Assembly (NCBI GenBank): GCA_964595665.1
Contig: CAZQQS010000005.1
Location: 2,159 to 34,158 of the forward strand
Length of the DNA: 32,000 nucleotides
Reading direction: 5' to 3'
Source: an uncultured archaeon
GTDB taxonomy: Archaea; Iainarchaeota; Iainarchaeia; Iainarchaeales; 0-14-0-20-30-16
A program made the translations under genes and the position numbers. This document shows, piece by piece, positions 1 through 7,976 of this stretch. The notes below the pieces were generated by a model. It was not told the DNA's origin. It saw nothing but the letters and a program-made list of their open reading frames with translations, and ran no database searches. Within the stretch, counting starts at the first letter, position 1, and every line of letters begins with the position of its first letter.

Positions 1-4
1 TTAT

Positions 5-253
5 TCATGAAACCACCTTACAATTAGTAATTTTGGTTCCAGTATATAATTCATAATCAATACAAATATTTCCATTAATATTTTTAGAACTATCTCCAAT
101 CATAAATTTATTTGCACTATCAAATATCAAATCATCTTGAACATGATTTACTTTGGGCATTTTTACATCAAAAATAAAAACCAAAGCAATTAAAATAATT
201 ACTACAGAGAAAACCAGATCTAACATAAAAATAAAACCTTTATTCATAAACAA
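5..253 (-). CDS. Minor pilin-like protein with archaeal class III (prepilin-type) signal peptide
   Basis: 82-aa ORF. N-terminus MFMNKG|FIFMLDLVFSVVIILIALVF has a short basic leader, a Gly, an acidic residue, then a ~20-residue hydrophobic helix. It overlaps the upstream gene by 14 nt. It is the last complete gene of the pilus operon; the ATGA at 5-8 suggests a further gene (M-N-...) runs off the left edge. Confidence 0.55.
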   Translation of the reverse strand: MFMNKGFIFMLDLVFSVVIILIALVFIFDVKMPKVNHVQDDLIFDSANKFMIGDSSKNINGNICIDYELYTGTKITNCKVVS

Positions 254-695
254 ACACCTCTATTTGTTTACTTAAATTACAAGAGCCCAATAAACAATAA
301 AGATAATCCTCTTTTGTTATTTTACCATTAGAAGAATGAAAAATATTTATCTTTTTGGAAATATGTGTTTTAGAACTTACATTACAAGTTTCAATTGGTT
401 TGATACAAACACTATATTCTAAATCTTCAAATCCAACTAAAGTATCTGAAATACAAAAACCTAATTTTTTAATTGTCTTATTAGAAGAATCTATTAAATC
501 ACAACTATTATCTGAATAAGCTAATCGATTCAAAACAATATTCATTTCTGCAAACATTTTTGTTTCTTTTTTATATGCATTATATTCTAAAATAGTATTA
601 TGCAAATATAACCCCAAAATACCAAATAAAAAAATTACCAAAGTAATTGTAATTATTAAATCCAATGAAACAAAAAATCCTTTTTTCATAATCAT
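240..695 (-). CDS. Minor pilin-like protein with class III signal peptide
   Basis: 151-aa ORF. N-terminus MIMKKG|FFVSLDLIITITLVIFLFGILGL has the same KG-F...LD leader type as the 82-aa neighbour. Its start overlaps the upstream stop as ATGA. Several Cys residues sit in the predicted external domain. Confidence 0.6.
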   Translation of the reverse strand: MIMKKGFFVSLDLIITITLVIFLFGILGLYLHNTILEYNAYKKETKMFAEMNIVLNRLAYSDNSCDLIDSSNKTIKKLGFCISDTLVGFEDLEYSVCIKPIETCNVSSKTHISKKINIFHSSNGKITKEDYLYCLLGSCNLSKQIEVFVYE

Positions 696-1027
696 CCCTT
701 ACAATTATTTGAAGTACATATATACGTCTTTTTTAAATTAATTATGTAATTGTTATTTTCATCAATAATTAAATTTTTATCCTCAAATCTTACAGTATTT
801 GCAAAATTATAATTAATATTTGCATCAGAAGTATCTACACTTTTAAATGCAGAATATGCTAAAATATATTCATTAAAATTATTTACATTTGAATTATACA
901 ATTTTGAATTTGCATCCAAATCATTCACATAATAAAAAAACATAGTTAATGCAAAGATAAATAACATTAATGCCAAAATCATATCAAATGACACTTGACC
1001 TCTATTCATTAGTAACACCATCTTCAT
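692..1027 (-). CDS. Minor pilin-like protein with class III signal peptide
   Basis: 111-aa ORF containing MNRG|QVSFDMILALMLFIFALTMFF, with Gln at +1 and Asp at +5. The likelier start is the internal Met at 1009 (MNRGQ...), which gives a short leader and removes the overlap with the upstream gene. Confidence 0.6.
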   Translation of the reverse strand: MKMVLLMNRGQVSFDMILALMLFIFALTMFFYYVNDLDANSKLYNSNVNNFNEYILAYSAFKSVDTSDANINYNFANTVRFEDKNLIIDENNNYIINLKKTYICTSNNCKG

Positions 1028-1466
1028 TTACAATTAAATTAAATGTTAATTTATTCTCTAAAGTATTTTTATTTTCAAAGTTACAAGGTATAGTTAATTC
1101 TCGAGAACAAATAAAATCTTCACAAAAAGATTTTATAGTAGAATCATAGTCTTCATTTTGAGAAATTAATTTATAAGAATAACCTATGTTATTATTCTTA
1201 CAATAAAAATTAGAATCTTTAGGCAATTCAATTTCAACAGTAAACTTACCAGAATTATAATTTTGTAATAAAGAATATTTAGAATTTATTTCTTCTAAAC
1301 CTTTATCCAAAGTATTTACATTAATCATATCCAAAACAGAATTTCTAGAATAATCTCTTAATGGAATAATTATTACTTCAATTAAAATCAAAATAATTAA
1401 TAAGATTAATAAGAACTCAATACTTAATTGTCCTTTATTATTTAAATTAAAGAAATTCCTATCCAT
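1002..1466 (-). CDS. Minor pilin-like protein with class III signal peptide
   Basis: 154-aa ORF. MDRNFFNLNNKG|QLSIEFLLILLIILILIEVII has Gln at +1, Glu at +5 and a hydrophobic helix. It overlaps the 3' end of the peptidase gene by 25 nt. Confidence 0.65.
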   Translation of the reverse strand: MDRNFFNLNNKGQLSIEFLLILLIILILIEVIIIPLRDYSRNSVLDMINVNTLDKGLEEINSKYSLLQNYNSGKFTVEIELPKDSNFYCKNNNIGYSYKLISQNEDYDSTIKSFCEDFICSRELTIPCNFENKNTLENKLTFNLIVNEDGVTNE

Positions 1467-2536
1467 AAAACATCCCCAAAGATTAACATAACTACATATG
1501 CAACAAATATACTTGGCACCATAGGCAAAGTTTCCTTTAATTCAATTTCTTTTTCAGAAAACTCATTTTTTATTTTTAATACATCCTCTTTGTTTAACCC
1601 AGAGGCAAGTATATTATTTATAACTATATTATTATATATATTCTTTCGCTTTTCCAATACTTTTCCTAAAGACTTAATATCTTTCTTTAAAGAATATTTT
1701 AAATCACCATAAAAAGAATATTTTAAAGGTTTTAGTTTCTCATTTTCTACTATCAAAGGATGGGCCAAAACATCCCCTTCTTTCAAATCATTTATTAATA
1801 TAGTTTTATTTAAAATTCCTGATTTAGAGATTGAAAAAAACCAAAAAACAAATCCTAATAAAAAGAATATTATTAATGCTGGCAAAATATTCTTTAAAGT
1901 TAAAATAGGATCTAAAAATAAAGATACAATAAACAACCCAATAGAAAAAACATATTTTATCTTCTTAGGCAAAATAAAAATTAATATTAAAGCTAAAACA
2001 TACAAATACAAAGGCAAAGAAAAATAAGAAAATAAAAAATATATCCCTAAAATAGAACATATGCTTACAACAAAAAATAATAATTTTTGTTTTAAATTCT
2101 TTTTAATATATTCTTTAACTTTAAAATTTTTAAAATAGGATATAAATACTTTGAATGCACCTATAGGAAGAATAAATAAAATACTTAATATAAATAATGA
2201 AAAAATAAATGGCAATAAAGAAGTGTTAGACAAAATAGAAATATTTGTAAATGGGATAACTGCGAATAATCCTATAAATAGTTTTGAATCGCCCCCAGCG
2301 AATATTCCCAATCGCCAAAACAAATATAGAATTAAATATACTAAAATAAAGAAACCTAAGAACTTTAATAATGCAAATATGCCTAAAGAAAAATAAAAAT
2401 AAATTGAATTAGCTATTAAACCATAACCCATTAACCCAAAAGTTAAATAATTAGAAACTTCTCTATAATTAATATCAGTATAACTAGCGAAAGCTAAAGC
2501 AAAAAAAACAATTATATTATTTATTATAAAAAACAT
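1442..2536 (-). CDS. Archaeal prepilin/preflagellin peptidase (A24 family, FlaK/PibD/EppA-like) with extended C-terminal half
   Basis: 364-aa polytopic membrane ORF. Two candidate catalytic Asp motifs are present: ASYTD(21)INYREV and FAGGD(82)SKLF, the latter a GxGD-type motif. They lie ~60 residues apart, as in characterised archaeal enzymes. The gene sits inside the pilin operon. Confidence 0.8.
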   Translation of the reverse strand: MFFIINNIIVFFALAFASYTDINYREVSNYLTFGLMGYGLIANSIYFYFSLGIFALLKFLGFFILVYLILYLFWRLGIFAGGDSKLFIGLFAVIPFTNISILSNTSLLPFIFSLFILSILFILPIGAFKVFISYFKNFKVKEYIKKNLKQKLLFFVVSICSILGIYFLFSYFSLPLYLYVLALILIFILPKKIKYVFSIGLFIVSLFLDPILTLKNILPALIIFFLLGFVFWFFSISKSGILNKTILINDLKEGDVLAHPLIVENEKLKPLKYSFYGDLKYSLKKDIKSLGKVLEKRKNIYNNIVINNILASGLNKEDVLKIKNEFSEKEIELKETLPMVPSIFVAYVVMLIFGDVLWIGISLI

Positions 2537-2545
2537 AAATAATAA

Positions 2546-2734
2546 TTAATCGAATAGTTTTTGAAAGTATTCATTTTTGTACTCTGCAATTCGTTCTTTA
2601 GCCGCATTACCCAAATACCTTAAATTAAAGGCAAATAAAGTTACTATGGCAACCAAAATAATTGCAAAAACAATAGTCAAAAGGTACTCAATAGAAACTT
2701 GAGCACCTTTATCCTTCAAAAACATATTTCTCAC
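2546..2734 (-). CDS. Flp-sized type IV pilin (class III signal peptide)
   Basis: The ORF-track start at 2734 is GTG. The ATG at 2725 gives MFLKDKGA|QVSIEYLLTIVFAIILVAIV, which aligns with the start of the neighbouring pilin. Gln +1, Glu +5 and Tyr +6 are present. The mature part is only ~50 aa. Confidence 0.8.
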   Translation of the reverse strand: MRNMFLKDKGAQVSIEYLLTIVFAIILVAIVTLFAFNLRYLGNAAKERIAEYKNEYFQKLFD

Positions 2735-2932
2735 TTATTCAATATCAGCCAATCCTTTTGCTTTGAGGGCATTATAATCTAGATTGCCAAGTTGAGTGTT
2801 TACATCTGTTTTTGCTTGATTTGCAATGTTTACAACTACCGCAATTACTATTGCTGCTAATACTATAGCACCACCAATAATTAACAAGTACTCTAATGCA
2901 CCTTGTGCTTTTTTATCTTTTAAGAAAGTCAT
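2735..2932 (-). CDS. Flp-sized type IV pilin (class III signal peptide), likely major pilin
   Basis: 65-aa ORF. MTFLKDKKA|QGALEYLLIIGGAIVLAAIVIAVV carries the QGxxEYLLxxGG pattern typical of the archaeal class III signal-peptide family. A strong GGAGG lies 8 nt upstream (revcomp of 2936-2950: TTGGAGGAATTATTATG). Confidence 0.85.
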   Translation of the reverse strand: MTFLKDKKAQGALEYLLIIGGAIVLAAIVIAVVVNIANQAKTDVNTQLGNLDYNALKAKGLADIE

Positions 2933-2957
2933 AATAATTCCTCCAATATATCTCCAG

Positions 2958-3131
2958 TTATACTAATTTAGTTAAATCATCTAATTGTTCTGTTCCTTTA
3001 TTATAATCTTTAACTGCTTGAGTTTTTACAAAATATCCTATAATGGCTACTGCAACAATAACACCACCAATAATTAAAAGGATTTCTATTGATGTCTGCG
3101 CCTTGGTATCTTTTGTAAACCTCATAATCAT
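2958..3131 (-). CDS. Third Flp-sized type IV pilin (not in the supplied ORF track; 57 aa)
   Basis: Hand translation of the reverse strand gives MIMRFTKDTKAQTSIEILLIIGGVIVAVAIIGYFVKTQAVKDYNKGTEQLDDLTKLV followed by a stop (tta at 2958-2960). It has the same KA|Q..IE.LLIIGG leader/helix as the two downstream pilins. It starts 9 nt after the stop of the platform gene. Confidence 0.75.
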   Translation of the reverse strand: MIMRFTKDTKAQTSIEILLIIGGVIVAVAIIGYFVKTQAVKDYNKGTEQLDDLTKLV

Positions 3132-3140
3132 CACATTATA

Positions 3141-4049
3141 TTAAAGCGCCCCTATTAATAAATATTTCGTTAAAAATTTAGCCATATAAAACACAACATA
3201 AGCTATTCCCAAAAATACAGGCAAATAAAAGAATATTTTAGCATATTTTTTCTCTCTCATTATTACAACCATTAAAGTTGAAGCTAAAACCTGTATAAAC
3301 ACAAATATTGTTAATACTGTTTCCAACAAGTTCTTTACACTTAAAGCGTCAGCTACACTTTTAGCATTTGCCAAACCAGTAGTAGCAGAAATACCCATTA
3401 AAAACTCAATCAAAGTAACTACTAAACCATAAATTCCCGGAGCTATAATTGCTCCTGCTGAAACAATAAATAACATTTGCATCATAGTTTTTGCTTTTCT
3501 ATCTAATTCTAATTTATACAATTTTCGCATATCTTCAGATAATTCCTCTAAAATGTCTGCTAATGATGCTCCTGCTTTAATAGTATCATTAATTATAGAA
3601 ATTGTTTTTCTTACCATTTCAGAATTAACATTTTCTGAAATTATATTTAGAGATTCTTCAAAATTATATCCTTGTTCTAATCTTAATAAAACATTTTCTA
3701 ATTCTATATTTAATGGACCATATTCATAACTAGTTAATTCTCTTATTGCATATTCGTATGTACCACCTGATTTCAATAAATAAGCAATCTCTCTTAATGC
3801 ACTCGGAAAATGTTTTTCAATTAATGCAATTCTCTTTTCTTCCAAAATTAAAGGATAACCAATAAAAAAATCAATAATTACAAATAAACCCACAAACCCC
3901 AAAACTAAATTATTTAATAATAAAAAACTGCTGAATAAAACAACCAAACCAAAAATCAAAGACAGTATAAACCACAGATTTACATTAATCCTAATATTAT
4001 TTCTATAAAGTATTGTTTGGTATTTTTCTAAAAACAACATAATAATCAC
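3141..4049 (-). CDS. Type IV filament platform protein, single T2SS-F domain (TadC/FlaJ-like)
   Basis: 302-aa ORF with N-terminal TM helices. The cytoplasmic helical domain has the FPSALREIAYLLKSGGTYEYAIREL motif (T2SS-F-type lP.al..l..ll.aG), followed by C-terminal TM helices. It overlaps the upstream paralog as ATGA. Confidence 0.8.
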   Translation of the reverse strand: MIIMLFLEKYQTILYRNNIRINVNLWFILSLIFGLVVLFSSFLLLNNLVLGFVGLFVIIDFFIGYPLILEEKRIALIEKHFPSALREIAYLLKSGGTYEYAIRELTSYEYGPLNIELENVLLRLEQGYNFEESLNIISENVNSEMVRKTISIINDTIKAGASLADILEELSEDMRKLYKLELDRKAKTMMQMLFIVSAGAIIAPGIYGLVVTLIEFLMGISATTGLANAKSVADALSVKNLLETVLTIFVFIQVLASTLMVVIMREKKYAKIFFYLPVFLGIAYVVFYMAKFLTKYLLIGAL

Positions 4050-5188
4050 ATATTTGGTTTAATACTTTTAATATACAAAACTAACATCAAAAAAATCATT
4101 GGAAATACTACTAAAAATGCTAATGCAACAACCAAAGGAGTTAAAGGCAAGGCATTTAAAAAAGAAACGTTTGAACCTAACGGAGCATTTCTTATTCCTG
4201 AAAGAATTGCCAACATTACAGGAATAACTATTCCTACAAAAATATAAATTACCCCAAAGAAATTCATTTTACCAGTAAACATATCTATATCTGACATTAA
4301 TTGATAAGAAACATCATCTGCAATAGTACTCATAATTTGAGATAAATTTCCACCAGATTTTAACGCTCTTAATAAGTGCCCAATTGCGTTTTTTAATGCA
4401 AAAGATTTCGTTCTTAAAGACAAAGCTCTCAAAGAATCTTTTATGTCAGAACCTTCTTCAACTTCTAAAACTGTTTTCATTAATTCTTCTGATAAAACCC
4501 CATAATCTGCAACTGCAACAGTTTTAATTACTTTATATAAATCCATTCCAGAACGCAACAACATAGACATATGTCTTAATGCAAAAGGTAAATTAGCATC
4601 AATTAATTTCGCTCTTTTTTTTGCAATTGATGTAGGGTATTTTAAAATAAAAAATACACTGAAAATAATTAAGAAAATGGATAAAATAATTGGTATCAAA
4701 TATCCTAAATTAAATGTTATAAATACTGCAAAAAAACTACCTATCAACAAAATATTTGTAAAAAATAATATAACTGAAGACATTGCCAAATATTGTGTTG
4801 CACTATAATTAATATCTGCAGAATATAATTCCAAAGATAACACTTTTGATTCTGGAAACGCCCCCAAAATTTTTCGTGAAATCAAACCAAAGAATCCAGA
4901 AAATCTTTCATATATTTTTCCTAATTTTCTAACAAAAGGATTAAAACTATATTGTAAATCTTTTGGTCTCAATACTTCTATTTTAGATCTCTTACCTTCT
5001 GAAATTAAAGATCTTAATTCTTTTAAATTTGTATTGTCTGGACCAATCAGTCCTTGTTTTTCATATTTTGTTTTTATTCTATTAACTATAGCATCAACTT
5101 TAGACATATCCAATTGTTCTTGAACTTTAGCTCTAGTTTTATTTTCTGTATATGTTTGTTGATAAGCCATAAAATCACTTTTGCTCAT
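4046..5188 (-). CDS. Type IV filament platform protein, single T2SS-F domain (TadB/FlaJ-like)
   Basis: 380-aa ORF containing LPFALRHMSMLLRSGMDLYKVIKTV (T2SS-F motif) flanked by TM helices. It has a ~120-aa soluble N-terminal extension and overlaps the ATPase gene by 14 nt. Confidence 0.8.
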   Translation of the reverse strand: MSKSDFMAYQQTYTENKTRAKVQEQLDMSKVDAIVNRIKTKYEKQGLIGPDNTNLKELRSLISEGKRSKIEVLRPKDLQYSFNPFVRKLGKIYERFSGFFGLISRKILGAFPESKVLSLELYSADINYSATQYLAMSSVILFFTNILLIGSFFAVFITFNLGYLIPIILSIFLIIFSVFFILKYPTSIAKKRAKLIDANLPFALRHMSMLLRSGMDLYKVIKTVAVADYGVLSEELMKTVLEVEEGSDIKDSLRALSLRTKSFALKNAIGHLLRALKSGGNLSQIMSTIADDVSYQLMSDIDMFTGKMNFFGVIYIFVGIVIPVMLAILSGIRNAPLGSNVSFLNALPLTPLVVALAFLVVFPMIFLMLVLYIKSIKPNM

Positions 5189-6926
5189 AATACTTAGAAA
5201 TGTATTTCATTAATTCATTTTTATCTCGAATATTTTTATCTACTAACAAATCAAAAAAATGTTTTCTATTATCAATTTCATCTTTAATTTGTTGTAAAGA
5301 TTTTCCGGAATATAACGAAATATTTTTCAAAACTTTTGAAGGCATGGACGTATCAATTAATTTATCTCTTCGAGGATCCCATTCAAATATTTTTTGTGTT
5401 CTAACGTTATCTTCTAAAACTCCCGTAATCTCAGAAATCTCTACAATTCTTCTAATTGTTCCTTTTCTTCTATCGTGCAACCTACTTTCAACAATAATCA
5501 TATCCAAACCAGACAACATCATTTTAGGAACATCCATTGGAGGATTAGTAATTCTTACAATTGTTTCTTCTGAAGAATTCGCGTGCAAAGTTCCTAAAGA
5601 ACCATCATGTCCAGTATTCATTGCAGTAAATAAAGATTCTGCTTCTTTACCTCTTACTTCACCAACTATAATTCTATCGGGTCGCATTCTTAATGCATTC
5701 TTAGTTAACATTTCCAAAGAAATTTCCCCAGAACCTTCAATTCCAGGAGGTCTGGCTTCTAATCTAATCCAATGCTTTAAAGGTAAATTTAATTCTGCAG
5801 TATCTTCAATAGAAATAACTCTATCAAATTCAGGTATCAAAGAACACAAAACATTTAGCAGTGTTGTTTTTCCAGAACCCGTGCCCCCAGAAATAACTAT
5901 GTTTGCGGGTTTAATTCCCAACCCCTCAACACAAGTCCATAAAAATGCAGCAACATATGAATCTAATGTCCCATTGTTTATCAAATCAATTATTGTATAA
6001 GGATCTTCTCTAAACTTTCTTATTGTTAATGTTGAGCCCAAAACACTTGCAGGAGGTAAAGTAGCATTAACTCTTGAACCATCTGGTAAACGAGCATCTA
6101 ACAATGGCTGCGAGTAATCTATTCTTCGACCAGCATATCTTGCAATTCTACCAACAATATCTTGAATTTCTTTATCTGTATAAAAAATAATATTTGTAGT
6201 CATCATTTCATATTGTCTATGAAATACATATACAGGAGTATTAGGCCCAATAATCATAATTTCTTCTAATAAATCATCTTTTAATAATAAATCTATTTTG
6301 CCAAAACCAACCATTTCTCTAACAACACTTTCAGCATAAAATGTTTGCATACTTTCAGGTATTTTTAATTCTGGACTTGATGAAATAATTTCCATAACTT
6401 TTTGATAATAAACATTCCATCTTTGTTTTTCATCTCTAATTTTATATGGTGCTAAAGAAATAATTCTTGTTGCTGCTTCTTTAATTGTATTAATAATTTC
6501 TTGTTCACTTGTATTGGCTTTTGGTACAGGAACTTCATAATGTAAAATAGGGGAATTATTTAATTTACAAATTGTTACTTGATTATATTTGGCAATAACT
6601 TGCTTATCTGCATTAGATAATGAATCTACGTTCAAATCTTTTGTTTCTTTTATTGCACTTTCTATTTTATTAAAATCTTTTTTCTCACCAATTGAAACTT
6701 CTTTAGTTAACACAAAATCATCAGAATTATTCATTTCTTTTTCAGAATTTTTTTGAGTAGATTCCACAACTGTTTTTTTCTCACCTTTTATTAATTGTTC
6801 TAATTCAGAAAAATCTTTAGAATTATCTTTTTGATTTTCTTTAAAGTTTATTTCTGAATATCCTGGTTTTTTAATTTCTTGTTTAGGTTTTTCCTCTTTA
6901 AAAAAATCGCCAATTATATCTCCCAT
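5175..6926 (-). CDS. Type IV filament assembly ATPase (FlaI/ArlI/TadA/VirB11 superfamily)
   Basis: 583-aa ORF. Walker A is ISGGTGSGKTTLLNVL, Walker B and following residues are RIIVGEVRGKEA, and the His box is NTGHDGSLGTLHANS. The first ~110 aa are K/E/N-rich low-complexity sequence. Confidence 0.9.
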   Translation of the reverse strand: MGDIIGDFFKEEKPKQEIKKPGYSEINFKENQKDNSKDFSELEQLIKGEKKTVVESTQKNSEKEMNNSDDFVLTKEVSIGEKKDFNKIESAIKETKDLNVDSLSNADKQVIAKYNQVTICKLNNSPILHYEVPVPKANTSEQEIINTIKEAATRIISLAPYKIRDEKQRWNVYYQKVMEIISSSPELKIPESMQTFYAESVVREMVGFGKIDLLLKDDLLEEIMIIGPNTPVYVFHRQYEMMTTNIIFYTDKEIQDIVGRIARYAGRRIDYSQPLLDARLPDGSRVNATLPPASVLGSTLTIRKFREDPYTIIDLINNGTLDSYVAAFLWTCVEGLGIKPANIVISGGTGSGKTTLLNVLCSLIPEFDRVISIEDTAELNLPLKHWIRLEARPPGIEGSGEISLEMLTKNALRMRPDRIIVGEVRGKEAESLFTAMNTGHDGSLGTLHANSSEETIVRITNPPMDVPKMMLSGLDMIIVESRLHDRRKGTIRRIVEISEITGVLEDNVRTQKIFEWDPRRDKLIDTSMPSKVLKNISLYSGKSLQQIKDEIDNRKHFFDLLVDKNIRDKNELMKYISKYYEQK

Positions 6927-6934
6927 AAAAACCC

Positions 6935-7906
6935 CTAATTTTTTATATTAAACAAAGCTAACATAGCTTCAATTTGTAACCTATCATTTGAACCTTCAGA
7001 AATTCTAAAATTTATTTCTCCTAAAACTTCAATTAATTTTATTTTTTGCTTCGAATCTAAAATATCTTCTGAGAAATCAACAACTTCTCTATATGTTTGA
7101 TTTACTATATCTTCTCCACTCATACCATAATCATAAAGTAATTTATACAATAAATCCCTTGCTTCTTTAAATTTTCCATCTTTAGCAAATAAAACCATTT
7201 GTTTTACTTCTTCTGGACGCGCTCTTGCACTTATATTAAAAACATCTTTTTCAGTAATATTGGAATTTAAAACACTGCATGCTTGCAAAATATTTACTGC
7301 TTTTCTCATATCTCCTAAAGAGACATAAAAAATAGAATCCAATGCTTTAGTATCCAATTCCAAGGTTTCTTTTTTTGCAATATCTTTTATTCTTTCAACA
7401 ACATCAATTTTTTCCAAAGGTTTAAACCTAAATACAACACATCTTGATTGTATTGGCTCAATAATTTTTGAAGAATAATTACAAGATAAAATAAATCTAC
7501 AAGTCTTAGTATATTTTTCCATTGTTCTTCGTAATGCTTGTTGGGCATCTTGAGTTAAAGCATCAGCTTCATCTAAAAAAATAATTTTATATTCTGCTTC
7601 TAAAGGCAAAGTTCTTGCAAAATCTTTAATAGTTTTTCTTACAACATCTATTCCCCTATCATCAGAAGCATTTAATTCTAAAAAGTTTCTTTCATAGTTC
7701 TCACTATATAATGCTCGTGCAATAGCTATTGCAGAAGTTGTTTTTCCAGTTCCTGCAGAACCAGCAAAAATCATATTGGGTAAGTTTTTATCTTCGGAAT
7801 ATTTTTTTAATCTTTCGATAATCAATTTATGGCCTACAACATCATCTAAAGTTTTTGGCCTATATTTTTCAACCCAAGGTAAATTAGTATCACTCATAAA
7901 ACTCAC
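6935..7906 (-). CDS. rfcS: Replication factor C small subunit
   Basis: Motifs seen: LPWVEKYRPKTLDDVVGH, Walker A GSAGTGKTT, Walker B/DEAD-type IIFLDEADALT, and SRC (IQSRCVVFRF). The track start at 7906 is GTG. The ATG at 7897 (MSDTNLPW...) is an alternative start. Confidence 0.95.
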   Translation of the reverse strand: MSFMSDTNLPWVEKYRPKTLDDVVGHKLIIERLKKYSEDKNLPNMIFAGSAGTGKTTSAIAIARALYSENYERNFLELNASDDRGIDVVRKTIKDFARTLPLEAEYKIIFLDEADALTQDAQQALRRTMEKYTKTCRFILSCNYSSKIIEPIQSRCVVFRFKPLEKIDVVERIKDIAKKETLELDTKALDSIFYVSLGDMRKAVNILQACSVLNSNITEKDVFNISARARPEEVKQMVLFAKDGKFKEARDLLYKLLYDYGMSGEDIVNQTYREVVDFSEDILDSKQKIKLIEVLGEINFRISEGSNDRLQIEAMLALFNIKN

Positions 7907-7976
7907 TATTTTTAATATATGTTATATATATATTTAAAGGTTTCTTTAATAATATATCTTAATTAAAAGTGAGATT

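Noticed and set aside
5200-6000. A 266-aa + strand ORF antisense to the pilus ATPase gene. It is strikingly long for AT-rich DNA.
   Set aside because: It lies entirely inside the well-supported ATPase ORF (Walker A/B and His box on the other strand). It is offset so that its stops would need Tyr, His or Gln codons preceded by a T- or C-ending codon on the sense strand, so openness there is a by-product of sense-strand codon choice. Its product is S/I/L/F-rich low-complexity sequence with no motif.
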